A stretch of 64,000 bases of DNA from a virus (lineage: Duplodnaviria; Caudoviricetes). Below, piece by piece: positions 30,563 to 39,997 of the stretch. The notes beneath the pieces were generated by a model. It saw nothing but the letters and a program-made list of their open reading frames with translations, ran no database searches and was not told where the DNA came from. Within the stretch, counting starts at the first letter, position 1. Each line of letters begins with the position of its first letter. Where the stretch lies: IMG/VR virus record IMGVR_UViG_3300031998_000004. One strand, given 5' to 3'. A program made the position numbers and the translations under genes.

Positions 30563-31122
30563 CCGACTCTTAATTTCTCAAACTCCCATCTCATAAACCA
30601 ATCAGGAAGTCTTTTAAGTGATTTGCACCCATTAAACATACCATTACCCGTATCGACTACCCTTCTTACATTCCATTTAGAAAGATCGGAGTTGAATGTT
30701 TTGCAATTATAAAACATAAAATTCATAAATTCAACCCTTCTTACGTTCCATTTAGAAAGATCGGCGTTGAATGCTTCACAATTATAAAACATGCAGTTTG
30801 TATCTTGTACTTTACTTACATTCCATTTAGAAAGATCGGAGTTGAATGTTTTGCAATTATAAAACATATACCCCATATCTTCAACCTTACTTACATCCCA
30901 TTTAGATATATCTATATTTTTTATTATATTTGAAAGATGCGCAAACAAATAAGACATATCTGTTATCTTACTAATATCTATAATATTGAGATTAGCATCC
31001 GGTCCTTGAATTTTTAATTGCTCTTCTATACAATTAATTAATTCACCCTTTGTTTCAGGATGATATAATATATCATTCTTAACTATATCTTTATCAAAAA
31101 GGCTTTCTACTAGTGTCTTCAT
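30559..31122 (-). CDS. MKxLxE-SLFD family protein with BspA/DUF285 repeats
   Basis: Starts MKTLVESLFDKDIV; repeats of DLSKWNVSKV..M..MFYNC..FN. Confidence 0.8.
   Translation of the reverse strand: MKTLVESLFDKDIVKNDILYHPETKGELINCIEEQLKIQGPDANLNIIDISKITDMSYLFAHLSNIIKNIDISKWDVSKVEDMGYMFYNCKTFNSDLSKWNVSKVQDTNCMFYNCEAFNADLSKWNVRRVEFMNFMFYNCKTFNSDLSKWNVRRVVDTGNGMFNGCKSLKRLPDWFMRWEFEKLRVG
30665..30868. repeat. 75-bp-period coding repeat (DUF285 units)
   Basis: 30665-30718 identical to 30815-30868, with a diverged copy in between. Confidence 0.8.
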
Positions 31123-31676
31123 TAATCATCTTTTAATTTTTCAAACTCCCATCTTAAAAGATCGGTGTTTCCATAAGGACCATAAGTCAGGCAAACTGCA
31201 ATAGTCCACTTTGAAGTAATTATATCAAAATGAAATTTCGTATTTCCGTTTATGCCTCTCTTCTCACCCTTCCATTCCGGTAGTATGTATTGGTCTAGTT
31301 TCTGGCACATCTCATCACGGAATCTACTATTAAACTCTCCAAACCTACACTCCTCAAGAAACGGGATACACATAAGAAGTCTTGCGAAGAGTTCGGTTTT
31401 CTTAGTTGACTGTACTGTTCTGATATTAGTATTACTCGCGTTAGCATAAGCATACATTCCCAAGTCTATCTTCTGACCACCAAACTCCTTTACATCTTTC
31501 ACCACTTTCTTCCAATCAATCACCCCAAGGGCATTATCTTGTTTTGGTATAGGGAATCCTGGAGCTAATCTCAATACCCACTGACCATCAAAGAACGCTA
31601 TGTCTTTGATTTGATGTACCGGTACTTTCTTTTGTACTAGGTCTGTATCAAATAGGCTTTCAACTAATGACTTCAT
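31122..31676 (-). CDS. MKxLxE-SLFD family protein
   Basis: Starts MKSLVESLFDTDLV. Confidence 0.75.
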   Translation of the reverse strand: MKSLVESLFDTDLVQKKVPVHQIKDIAFFDGQWVLRLAPGFPIPKQDNALGVIDWKKVVKDVKEFGGQKIDLGMYAYANASNTNIRTVQSTKKTELFARLLMCIPFLEECRFGEFNSRFRDEMCQKLDQYILPEWKGEKRGINGNTKFHFDIITSKWTIAVCLTYGPYGNTDLLRWEFEKLKDD

Positions 31677-32227
31677 ATCTCTTCAAATGCAATTGTACAT
31701 TGGATATCTTTTCTCCAAAAACTAAACGTAATAATATTTTCTTTTAATCCATTTGGTTCCCCAAAATAATAATTCCCTCCGCGACCAAGCATGTTATCTC
31801 CTTTCAAATTTTTGAAATATTGAGAAAGTATATTATATGCTTCTTTTATAAAACCACCAATATAAGGAAATCGATTACTTTCTTCTTTAGTACATATATA
31901 TGGTATGTTATTTATTGCCGCAATAAAATAACCTATATCATCACAAAATTTTTTTCCTGCGACTCGAGCATCGAATCGTTTTGTCATCTCATGATCAAAA
32001 TGAATATCACTATTTATTTTAATAGGAGTCGGAAAATTCTTTTTAAGTAATGATGTTTTAATAGTATTTGTCAACCATTCATAATCCCTATCAGTGTGTC
32101 GTTGATCATCATTTTTATAATCACCATCGATAATGTATACTCCTTTCACTCGATAATAATCACCAAATGTAGGAATATCTTTTTCCACAAGATCTTTATC
32201 AAATAAGCTTTCTACTAATGACTTCAT
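31673..32227 (-). CDS. MKxLxE-SLFD family protein
   Basis: Start re-assigned to MKSLVESLFDKDLV. Confidence 0.75.
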   Translation of the reverse strand: MKSLVESLFDKDLVEKDIPTFGDYYRVKGVYIIDGDYKNDDQRHTDRDYEWLTNTIKTSLLKKNFPTPIKINSDIHFDHEMTKRFDARVAGKKFCDDIGYFIAAINNIPYICTKEESNRFPYIGGFIKEAYNILSQYFKNLKGDNMLGRGGNYYFGEPNGLKENIITFSFWRKDIQCTIAFEEI

Positions 32228-32232
32228 ATATA

Positions 32233-32261
32233 AAAAATAAAGGGAATCATTTAGATTCCCT
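32233..32261 (-). terminator. Possible intrinsic terminator
   Basis: AGGGAATC-5nt-GATTCCCT plus A-rich run. Confidence 0.45.
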
Positions 32262-32402
32262 CGATTTCCTGGCGTTTCTTTTTGGACCATCTAATAAATC
32301 ATTCCAATAAGGATCAATCTGTAGGTCCTTTAATAGAAAGGACTTCAAGTCCACCTCTGGAATGTTTATCTTCGGTACTTTTGGTTTCCTGTCTTTCGCC
32401 AT
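32247..32402 (-). CDS. Small hypothetical protein (51 aa, not in ORF track)
   Basis: MAKDRKPKVPKINIPE...; fills the gap 2 nt after the upstream stop. Confidence 0.5.
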   Translation of the reverse strand: MAKDRKPKVPKINIPEVDLKSFLLKDLQIDPYWNDLLDGPKRNARKSRESK

Positions 32403-32404
32403 CT

Positions 32405-33103
32405 CTAACCTTCAGTAATTTCATCATCTCCGTCTACGGCAAGGTGAGTACCACAAGGACATACAGGTCCTTTCTCACCGTACTTCTTAAACATCTTCTT
32501 GGTTACCTTACAGCTCCATCCACAGTTAGGACAAGTGTATGTGTATGTGTTCTTTTTCTTCTCACCGCTCTCATTCTTATGAATCACGACAGGCTTACCA
32601 GGATAAGCACCCCACTGTCCAACCAACCTCTTATATACCTCCTCAAGAATATCTCTTAAGTAGTTTGTGGGATGATAACTATTATAGGGTTTGTCAAAGT
32701 AGTACTTCTGTGCGAGTGCCTTAAACTTCTTTGTACTAGCTTTCGGTTCATTAAAGAACGCATGAATACACTCAAGAGCGAGCGCACCTAACATATCAAT
32801 AGGATCTTTGATGGTGTAAGACACAGATATGGTTGTGGGAAAGAAATCCTCAAGAGTCACATCTTCACCATCAAATGGTTGTACACACTCAGTCATTTTC
32901 TGGCCACCACATTTACCCGCGCCTATCTGATATCCGTGATTAAGAATATCAAGATCACCTTCAAAGAGCTGTGCATCAAGCTCTTCTACTGCATGCCTGA
33001 GCCACTCCTCACGTGTCATTCCATCCCTGGGTTTTGCTGTTGCTGTAAGTTTTTCAATCTCTGTTAGCGGGCGAATCTCCGCATTTACTTTAGCTTCTGT
33101 CAT
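32405..33103 (-). CDS. SprT-like protein with degenerate zinc motif and C-terminal Zn ribbon
   Basis: TREEWL N-terminus, LECIHA in place of HExxH, CPNC...CPCG. Confidence 0.6.
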   Translation of the reverse strand: MTEAKVNAEIRPLTEIEKLTATAKPRDGMTREEWLRHAVEELDAQLFEGDLDILNHGYQIGAGKCGGQKMTECVQPFDGEDVTLEDFFPTTISVSYTIKDPIDMLGALALECIHAFFNEPKASTKKFKALAQKYYFDKPYNSYHPTNYLRDILEEVYKRLVGQWGAYPGKPVVIHKNESGEKKKNTYTYTCPNCGWSCKVTKKMFKKYGEKGPVCPCGTHLAVDGDDEITEG

Positions 33104-33123
33104 ATTAAAATATATTAAAATTG

Positions 33124-33417
33124 TTAATTTTCTTTGCCGAGATTTTTTATCTCCTGTAACTGATTGATAATGACATCTATAGACTTATCATCATAAAATA
33201 TAAATCGTACTGGATGATAACTATCAATATCTTGTCTTTCGTCATCAGGAATATTTCCTCCTATCTCATACTGTTTGTCCGCAGGGCTCAGAAAGAGTTC
33301 TCGTTCGATCTCTCCTGTTTCGTTATTTATGTTAGCGCATCCACCAACAATAATCTTTCCACCAAACACCACAACCAATTCACCGTCTTCGGTTGCATAA
33401 AATCCACTTTCTACCAT
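33124..33417 (-). CDS. Hypothetical protein
   Basis: ORF packing. Confidence 0.6.
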   Translation of the reverse strand: MVESGFYATEDGELVVVFGGKIIVGGCANINNETGEIERELFLSPADKQYEIGGNIPDDERQDIDSYHPVRFIFYDDKSIDVIINQLQEIKNLGKEN

Positions 33418-33448
33418 AGTTATTCTGTTTTTCCTTTCTCTATATTAC

Positions 33449-33655
33449 CTAAATCTTTATGATAAATTTCTTACCGCACTTATTACAAGTCATATGCCAA
33501 ATTCCACAACTGTTAGTTGCCTCAATAAATTGTAGTGAAGTATTCTTACTACCACAATGAGGACATTTATCGTTATGGAAAAAGCCATATATTAACAATC
33601 CAATCAGGACGCATATTAAAAACATACAAATCCAAAATCCTATAGAATGTATCAT
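33449..33655 (-). CDS. Membrane-anchored zinc-ribbon protein
   Basis: N-terminal TM helix, CPHC...CNKC. Confidence 0.6.
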   Translation of the reverse strand: MIHSIGFWICMFLICVLIGLLIYGFFHNDKCPHCGSKNTSLQFIEATNSCGIWHMTCNKCGKKFIIKI

Positions 33656-34398
33656 AATTGTGTTGGTTTAAATTTTCCGTCTTCTATTATTAAATATTCT
33701 TTTAGGTCACAATCACATACCCAAATATTTATAGCGTCGTCGGGCACTTCCCAAGAACTGTCTGGGTTGTTCTTTGCATCCTCGCGACACACGTCAGTGA
33801 GATTAACTATATGTCTGAGAGTGGTATGTCCAACTACTTGATCGTAATGAGGAAGAGCATACTCGAGAAGAGTCTGTGGACGGACCCACGTGGGGCCTTG
33901 TGTCTCACTTATACCATAGTAATCGGAGAGTTTGCAAGGACGGAAACCAAAGAGTTCACTTGGTTCAAGATTGTTAATGTCTTCAACACACTCACATCCA
34001 CTATCGTGAAACCATCTACCTGTGATACCGGCGTGAGAAAATACTATATCATCAAAGACGTAAACCCATTGAGTATCACGGAGATACCTATCTCGGATCT
34101 CCGGTTTGGACATCTCCTTCTCTACTCCTCTAAAGAATCCACTACATTCAGCCCAACTATATCCCAGGTGTTGCATATCGTGGTTACCTCTCAAGAGTAT
34201 AACTTTGTCTGGGTTCTCTTCTTTATATAAAAGTATATCTAGGAGATTGTTGAGTTGTTGATCAACAGTAATATCTCTTTGATGAGTGCTCACATAATCC
34301 CCAAGAAATACAAAAAGATCTGCATTCTGTTCGCGATCGACTATAGTCTGCCAACTATCTCGACCGTGTACGTCTCCTATAACAACTATCTTACTCAT
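33652..34398 (-). CDS. Calcineurin-like metallophosphoesterase
   Basis: GDVHG, LGDYV, RGNHD, SHAG, VGHT. Confidence 0.9.
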   Translation of the reverse strand: MSKIVVIGDVHGRDSWQTIVDREQNADLFVFLGDYVSTHQRDITVDQQLNNLLDILLYKEENPDKVILLRGNHDMQHLGYSWAECSGFFRGVEKEMSKPEIRDRYLRDTQWVYVFDDIVFSHAGITGRWFHDSGCECVEDINNLEPSELFGFRPCKLSDYYGISETQGPTWVRPQTLLEYALPHYDQVVGHTTLRHIVNLTDVCREDAKNNPDSSWEVPDDAINIWVCDCDLKEYLIIEDGKFKPTQL

Positions 34399-34430
34399 AC
34401 TATTATATATTTAATTAAATCTGTTAATTT

Positions 34431-34733
34431 ATGGATTACCAAGTAATGCCTACCTGCATAACTGTATATAACTCTTATGAGGTATCTAAAAAAGAATTTG
34501 ACCCATTTCTCAATGAACTCCGTGAAGGATACGAGGGCAATTTAGTATTATTCTATAGAACCAACAAGAGTCTCACCGACGAATGGGCATGTCATAACTT
34601 CTTATACGATATCGACTTCCTTGGTATTCTGAGGAGTCATACCAAAGATGTTGATATGCAGTATCCACTGGCTTGGTGGGAGAAGATAGCGTATCCATGC
34701 TTGGGTTGGTTCTGTAAATTATTTATCAAATAA
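34431..34733 (+). CDS. Hypothetical protein
   Basis: 100-aa ORF on the opposite strand with a downstream hairpin. Confidence 0.6.
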   Translation: MDYQVMPTCITVYNSYEVSKKEFDPFLNELREGYEGNLVLFYRTNKSLTDEWACHNFLYDIDFLGILRSHTKDVDMQYPLAWWEKIAYPCLGWFCKLFIK

Positions 34734-34833
34734 AATGGAAGGAAAAAGTTCGGACTTGGGTGTATCTGGAGACTCGGCAGGTCCTTATCATAGACAACAT
34801 TCAGTCAATAAAAGACCTAGTTGTTACAATTAA

Positions 34834-34859
34834 AGAGGTGGAGAAAACACTCCACCTCT
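34834..34859. terminator. Stem-loop between convergent genes
   Basis: AGAGGTGGAG-AAAACA-CTCCACCTCT perfect 10-bp stem. Confidence 0.7.
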
Positions 34860-34904
34860 CATTTCGCATTCCGTTTACACTAATTCTCAAACTCCTACTT
34901 CATC

Positions 34905-35147
34905 TTACTTCCCAGACGAGACTGTTCCCGAACCGGATTTGAATAATAGAGCCGATAAGAAGGTTACTCCCCAGGCCTGCCAAAGTGTGAGTTTAGTGAG
35001 TCCGAAAATCATCGGCATCAGCCAGTTCCAGAGCAACCACACAGGGATTGCGAAGACAATAGAGATACCGAACGCGAGAGCGAGCGCCGCGACAATAACT
35101 GCAACGGCCGCACCAATTCCGATTGCTTTCATACTTGTTTTTGCCAT
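34905..35147 (-). CDS. Small membrane protein
   Basis: Hydrophobic; LWNWLMP.IFGL..LT.WQA.G motif. Confidence 0.7.
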   Translation of the reverse strand: MAKTSMKAIGIGAAVAVIVAALALAFGISIVFAIPVWLLWNWLMPMIFGLTKLTLWQAWGVTFLSALLFKSGSGTVSSGK

Positions 35148-35158
35148 ACTTACAATAA

Positions 35159-35590
35159 TTATTTCTGATTATAATGTTTTAAAATTTCCTCCGAGAATGT
35201 GGTAATATTGCCATTGACATCCATATAACCATCAAAGCAATTCATCACCATAAGAGATACATCTTCTGTCTGAGCCCAGGAAGGAATATAGCCTATGACC
35301 GGTTTTCCAAGAGCCTTTGCAAATCCCATCTCCCATACTGTACCAGTATCACTATAATGTCCGGTGTACATAGCTATGACCATATCTGAGTCTTTTATAG
35401 CCTGCACATCCATATCAAATACCTTCTTTGCCCATACTGGATTTGACATTTCCATCCCGCCGGGAATTTCGTGTTCCATTGGAATAAATAGTTCTGAATC
35501 GGGAAAACCAAAACGAACTTTGTTGATCATGTCTGTAAGAGACATACGTTCATTTTCGTTAAAGAACGGACCCGCGATGTAAATTTTCAT
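35159..35590 (-). CDS. Nucleoside 2-deoxyribosyltransferase / nucleotide N-hydrolase family
   Basis: IYIAGPFF, D...I..SD, DTGTVWEMGFAKALGKPV. Confidence 0.88.
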   Translation of the reverse strand: MKIYIAGPFFNENERMSLTDMINKVRFGFPDSELFIPMEHEIPGGMEMSNPVWAKKVFDMDVQAIKDSDMVIAMYTGHYSDTGTVWEMGFAKALGKPVIGYIPSWAQTEDVSLMVMNCFDGYMDVNGNITTFSEEILKHYNQK

Positions 35591-35880
35591 TACTTCCTTA
35601 CTACTTTAAAGGTTGCGGTTGTATCAATCTGACCATTGTGATTGGTAATGGTCGTATCACGAACAATCTCGTACTTGTCGTAGTTGTATTCGTAATGATC
35701 ACAAACATATCGCGTGTAGATACCTCCGACTACCATATACATCAAACCGACTATCGCAACCACCCATCCGAGCCAACTTTTTCGACTATCCTTTTCTTTG
35801 ATAGCCCATACTACATCCGCACAAAGCCAACCGAATAATCCACCAATAAAAAACAAAAAAAGTAAAAGAAAAATTTCCAT
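35590..35880 (-). CDS. Membrane protein
   Basis: Two hydrophobic helices. Confidence 0.6.
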   Translation of the reverse strand: MEIFLLLFLFFIGGLFGWLCADVVWAIKEKDSRKSWLGWVVAIVGLMYMVVGGIYTRYVCDHYEYNYDKYEIVRDTTITNHNGQIDTTATFKVVRK

Positions 35881-35882
35881 AA

Positions 35883-36263
35883 TTAATGATTTTTAAGATA
35901 TGTTTTAAGATTTTCCGTTATTTTATCGATACCATAATAGATATCCATCTTACAAAGAGCATCTCCGGTAAAATCGTATGCTTCTGTTAATGTATTATTG
36001 ATCTCCCCAATCATTTTATTTGCAGAAGTTTGACCATTCATATTAAATTGTGTTACCCAAGCACAGAATGTTGGAGGAAAGTAAATCAAAGAAGCAGATC
36101 CTCTTTCCACTGTGATTATCTTCTCCCAGAATTCTGAGTCTTCCCCCCATTTAGACGGGGCACCCCACTGTTTAGATTTCTTGAACCCCATCTTCCTGAG
36201 GAATCGTTCCGAGATCTTCTGATTACCTCCCCGAACACTATTATATGTATCAAATACGCCCAT
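35883..36263 (-). CDS. Hypothetical protein with MGVFD start (possible MSIFD-family member)
   Basis: Starts MGVFDTYNSV. Confidence 0.6.
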   Translation of the reverse strand: MGVFDTYNSVRGGNQKISERFLRKMGFKKSKQWGAPSKWGEDSEFWEKIITVERGSASLIYFPPTFCAWVTQFNMNGQTSANKMIGEINNTLTEAYDFTGDALCKMDIYYGIDKITENLKTYLKNH

Positions 36264-36264
36264 A

Positions 36265-36480
36265 CTAGTCAGGATCTATCATACACCAGCAATCGGGATC
36301 GTGAACAACACCAGCCCACTTATAACCAACAGCGAAGAGGATATACTGATGTTCTTCGCTAGTGAAATGCATTGCAGTCACATCCATCGTATCGTCAATG
36401 GAATGCGCTGATTTAACGGGGGCGGATGAACACCCGGAAAGACCGAGCACCACAGCAAGTATTATAAATAATTTCCTCAT
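36265..36480 (-). CDS. Small lipoprotein
   Basis: LSGC lipobox; C-terminal GVVHDPDC.C. Confidence 0.65.
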   Translation of the reverse strand: MRKLFIILAVVLGLSGCSSAPVKSAHSIDDTMDVTAMHFTSEEHQYILFAVGYKWAGVVHDPDCWCMIDPD

Positions 36481-36503
36481 GAATTAAATTAACAAACAAC
36501 AAC

Positions 36504-37328
36504 CTAAAATTTAGCTTCTTTCATAATTCTTTGATATGCGGTATGAGGGTCTTCTCCGGGAAGCATTTCGCGTCCAAACGCAGTACATCCGCCCTTCCAT
36601 GAACCCGCTGCTTCACCAATCTCACTTGTGAGTTCGATCTCGAGACATCTACGCCTGTGCCTAAATATGGGTAGATAGTAAGTGGCTTTCGGTCTCCACT
36701 CTCGTTCCGCTACGTAATACATACCGATACATCTCTGTAGGGTTCCGTCTTCGCAGATGTACTCATATGGTGCTTCCCAATAGAAGGACGGCAAACTGTA
36801 TATGTCTGATAATGAATTGGTTGAGAGCGGTCTACATCCGTATTTCTTGGCTCTAACCCGGCGCTTCTTCCATTCGTCGCAAAACTCAATGTATTTCTTT
36901 CCGTCTTTCCCTTCTATGATAACGTGATGACAATCCAGATCCCAAGGCATATAAATAGTCTTGCTCCAATTCTTCCAAAATAACACTACCTGGTTGAATA
37001 GACTCTTTGGATCGGGGTTGTAGAGATACCCACCAAACCGATATGTTTTGTTTTCCCATCGTTTATTAGCGTCGGTTGGAACCTTCCACCATGGAAAATG
37101 AACGAAGAAACTATGCCACATACTATGAGCTACCAACTGCATGTATTCTTCGTTGTCATATTCCGGTTCGAACTCGAATCCAAGATTATAATATCCTTTA
37201 TATATGGTAAAGTTTTTGGTTACACGGATTTCTCCGCTACGGTGTTTGTTGCCTTCAATCCACTTAAAGGTCAACCAATCGGTTAAGGTCAATAACCCAA
37301 TTATTCCAAGAACCCAAATCCACCACAT
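36504..37328 (-). CDS. Hypothetical protein with N-terminal TM helix
   Basis: Start re-assigned to MWWIWV to avoid overlap; GSWKGG motif. Confidence 0.6.
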   Translation of the reverse strand: MWWIWVLGIIGLLTLTDWLTFKWIEGNKHRSGEIRVTKNFTIYKGYYNLGFEFEPEYDNEEYMQLVAHSMWHSFFVHFPWWKVPTDANKRWENKTYRFGGYLYNPDPKSLFNQVVLFWKNWSKTIYMPWDLDCHHVIIEGKDGKKYIEFCDEWKKRRVRAKKYGCRPLSTNSLSDIYSLPSFYWEAPYEYICEDGTLQRCIGMYYVAEREWRPKATYYLPIFRHRRRCLEIELTSEIGEAAGSWKGGCTAFGREMLPGEDPHTAYQRIMKEAKF

Positions 37329-37329
37329 A

Positions 37330-38262
37330 TTAAAAATCTCCGTAATAAACCTGACTACAAAGTACTCCATTATCCCTCCACATCTTAACAACACGGTCTC
37401 TATCATCAAAGACAGTTACAATATTATAGTATGGTTCGATCTGTTCTTTGTAAATCTCTTCTTTTACTATAGCGTCGTTTCGATGGTCTCCTTCTTTCCT
37501 GAATATGACTTCCCACTGAGGAATCTTTCTAGGAAAATCTTTTTCGAATTCTAATGTGAGATAACCAAAGTCATCTGCAAGATTTTTGGTTATCCATTCT
37601 TTAGTATCCTTCATACACTGTGCTGTTCCCTCACGACCAGATACAAATATAATCTTCATATGATATGCGAGATACCGCAGCAGTTTCTTCATTCGGGGAT
37701 CAAAAGTATCTTCTTTCACTCGTGACAAGTCATATGCGTTCCTACCATTATGAATAGCCACGGTTCCATCCAGATCACACACAATCACATCTTCTTTCGT
37801 GGGGTCTGGTAATTTGATATGGCGAGTATCCTTATGTCCGAGCTTGTTCGGGAAGTAATTTTTGAAGAATCTCTTAATAGTTTCCTCACCAACACTCCTC
37901 CCACCATTCTCTCCTCTCTTCCTATCTCTCTCGAGCGCCTCTTCGTAAGAGATTTCAAAGAGTTTATATTCTATTTCTGCGTTATGTTTCTCAGCAAGAT
38001 CATTCCATTTAAGAATGGTCTTGGGATTAAGATTAGTAGCATCTATAATAACATTGAGATAGTTGTCAAGAGCCATTTCTATCTGGTTCTTTTCAACATC
38101 GGATATATAGTTCTCCCTCTCCGGAACCCAGTACACACCAGTCCCTTCGCGGATACTATCACGACAGACTATAACATAATCTTTATGAGCCTGAGCAAAC
38201 TCCTTTGCCCAAGTACTTTTCCCACTCCCGGGAACTCCCTGTAAAACAATTATCTTACTCAT
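37330..38262 (-). CDS. pseT: Polynucleotide 5'-kinase / 3'-phosphatase
   Basis: GVPGSGKST P-loop, RD, DATNL; HAD DLDGT, SGR, FDDR. Confidence 0.92.
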   Translation of the reverse strand: MSKIIVLQGVPGSGKSTWAKEFAQAHKDYVIVCRDSIREGTGVYWVPERENYISDVEKNQIEMALDNYLNVIIDATNLNPKTILKWNDLAEKHNAEIEYKLFEISYEEALERDRKRGENGGRSVGEETIKRFFKNYFPNKLGHKDTRHIKLPDPTKEDVIVCDLDGTVAIHNGRNAYDLSRVKEDTFDPRMKKLLRYLAYHMKIIFVSGREGTAQCMKDTKEWITKNLADDFGYLTLEFEKDFPRKIPQWEVIFRKEGDHRNDAIVKEEIYKEQIEPYYNIVTVFDDRDRVVKMWRDNGVLCSQVYYGDF

Positions 38263-38597
38263 ATTACTTATAAGGACACATATCACAACTCCACGTACAC
38301 CTTTCACATGGTAGATTAGATATTGTACGAGAGTCTGACTGTGATGATTTGTTAATTTTGATTTCTGCGGGTCCTTCCCAATCCTTCTTTCTCCAAGAAG
38401 GAAGGTAAGACGACCAATATGGTGTGGGTCTAGCCATTACTTTTTGAAACGATCTATAAAGTACAACCACCCACACCTGACACTCTCTCTCCAAGAGATA
38501 CCTGTGGTGAGTCTCATTAAGATGATATCTCCTATAAGAGTAAACAGTGCTGTAATAACAGCCGCAATAAAAAAGTAGTAAAGAAATCCGAATAGTA

Positions 38598-38888
38598 TCA
38601 TTTGTCTTCTTTTTTGAATTCCATTATATTAAAGTCATTATCCAATACTCTCCTGGCGTAATCGGGTATCTTCAATCCCAACTTCCTCCATATAAACTGC
38701 ATCACAATCTTACTCGTGTCTTTAATGAGTTTGGTTCGTTGTGGATCCATGAAGTATATTCCTCCAGTGTTAACCTTACCCATCTTATCGTCCCACTTCT
38801 CCAGGACTAACTTGAGCTCATCTTTAATCGCTTGATAAAGAAGCTCTTCACTGTTTTCCTGTGGTGTATTTTGATTGAATATTGACAT
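38598..38888 (-). CDS. MSIFD-motif family protein
   Basis: Starts MSIFNQN. Confidence 0.6.
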   Translation of the reverse strand: MSIFNQNTPQENSEELLYQAIKDELKLVLEKWDDKMGKVNTGGIYFMDPQRTKLIKDTSKIVMQFIWRKLGLKIPDYARRVLDNDFNIMEFKKEDK

Positions 38889-38903
38889 TACATATAAATA
38901 TAT

Positions 38904-39074
38904 TTAACTCATATCCTTATGTTTAATCTTACGAGTATACTTTTTTCTATTTTTGAACACCTTGCGGAAATTGATAGGATGACCATAGAGTTCTATCTCG
39001 GCCTCTCGAGAACCACGTCTCGAGGCCTTGATAAAATCCCTTTCATTTGCTATCTTTATCCTTATACGTGTCAT
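38904..39074 (-). CDS. Small basic protein, ArfA/BrfA-like ribosome-rescue candidate (56 aa, not in ORF track)
   Basis: MTRIRIKIANERDFIKASRRGSREAEIELYGHPINFRKVFKNRKKYTRKIKHKDMS. Confidence 0.55.
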   Translation of the reverse strand: MTRIRIKIANERDFIKASRRGSREAEIELYGHPINFRKVFKNRKKYTRKIKHKDMS

Positions 39075-39076
39075 AA

Positions 39077-39307
39077 TTAAAACATATCTCCTTCGGAGTA
39101 CTCATTAAATATAAGTTCTGTTCCTGTAAATTTAAGTTCGTAGTATCCCATCCCGAAACTGTAATCGGGTAGGAGCTCAAGCGCCCGTTCTTTTGTGATA
39201 GGATATTTCTGTGCCCCTTTCCAGGCAAGCCCGTAGCGGTAAAAACAAGCACCACCGTTAATAATCCACAATTTTGCTTCTTCGTTTGTTGACATATCTT
39301 TATGCAA
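39077..39307 (-). CDS. Hypothetical protein
   Basis: YRYGLAWKGA motif; ORF packing. Confidence 0.6.
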   Translation of the reverse strand: MHKDMSTNEEAKLWIINGGACFYRYGLAWKGAQKYPITKERALELLPDYSFGMGYYELKFTGTELIFNEYSEGDMF

Positions 39308-39971
39308 TTAAGTTTCCTAACATTTCAACTAGTTCTTCATCACCACGGATGAAAAGAATCATCTTCTTTATCTTCTGACTCACCAGACCTTCGCTTACTC
39401 CAAAAGCCTTCGCCACATCCTTACCCTTCTCATCTGCGAATCCCTTTAGACCGAAGATTCTATAGAACATCTCACAATCCCTCTCGGAGAACTTGTCTTC
39501 GAGCCTTGTATAGAGATATTCGTACACGTCTCCATCACTGAACTTATCCTTTTCATACACGCCATACTTATACTCTCTGCATCCCTTCCCATCATCATCT
39601 CCGCCAGTCACGCTTGCTTCACCACTGATAACCGAAAGTGACACAGAGTTAAATGTTGCTTCTCCGGCCTCCTGTGCTTTTTTCTGTGCATATGCGCTCA
39701 TGCTCACAGTCCTCAGTTCCTTATCCAGGGAACTCAGGATATTGTTTCGAATACTCCATCCAGCGAACTGCTTGAAGCTCAACTTGCTCCTCTCGTCATC
39801 ATAATTCATCATCGCGAGAACAAACCCTTCATACGCCATACTCTTCACGGAATCCCAGTCTATCTTGACCTGGCTGACAAACTGCTTGGTGAGCTTATTC
39901 ATCAGGGGTTCATACTGCTTGACGAGGTCCGTCTTTTCCTTCTCTGTAATGTTACTGTAAATCTTACACAT
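39300..39971 (-). CDS. RNA polymerase sigma-70-family factor
   Basis: Region 2 (LVKQYEPL...EGFVLA..NYD...FKQFA.W.IRN.I) and region 4 HTH (KDVAKAFGVSEGLVSQ). Confidence 0.85.
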   Translation of the reverse strand: MCKIYSNITEKEKTDLVKQYEPLMNKLTKQFVSQVKIDWDSVKSMAYEGFVLAMMNYDDERSKLSFKQFAGWSIRNNILSSLDKELRTVSMSAYAQKKAQEAGEATFNSVSLSVISGEASVTGGDDDGKGCREYKYGVYEKDKFSDGDVYEYLYTRLEDKFSERDCEMFYRIFGLKGFADEKGKDVAKAFGVSEGLVSQKIKKMILFIRGDEELVEMLGNLIA

Positions 39972-39997
39972 ACTTATTCTATTTTATGAATCTTATA

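Noticed and set aside
30665-30868. CRISPR-like or DGR template/variable repeat
   Set aside because: The 75-bp period is in-frame DUF285 coding repeats; no spacers, no A-specific mismatches, and no cas or reverse-transcriptase gene seen
34735-34904. Possible ncRNA/tRNA or 32-aa ORF in the intergenic gap
   Set aside because: No cloverleaf or recognisable motif; only a terminator-like hairpin is supportable
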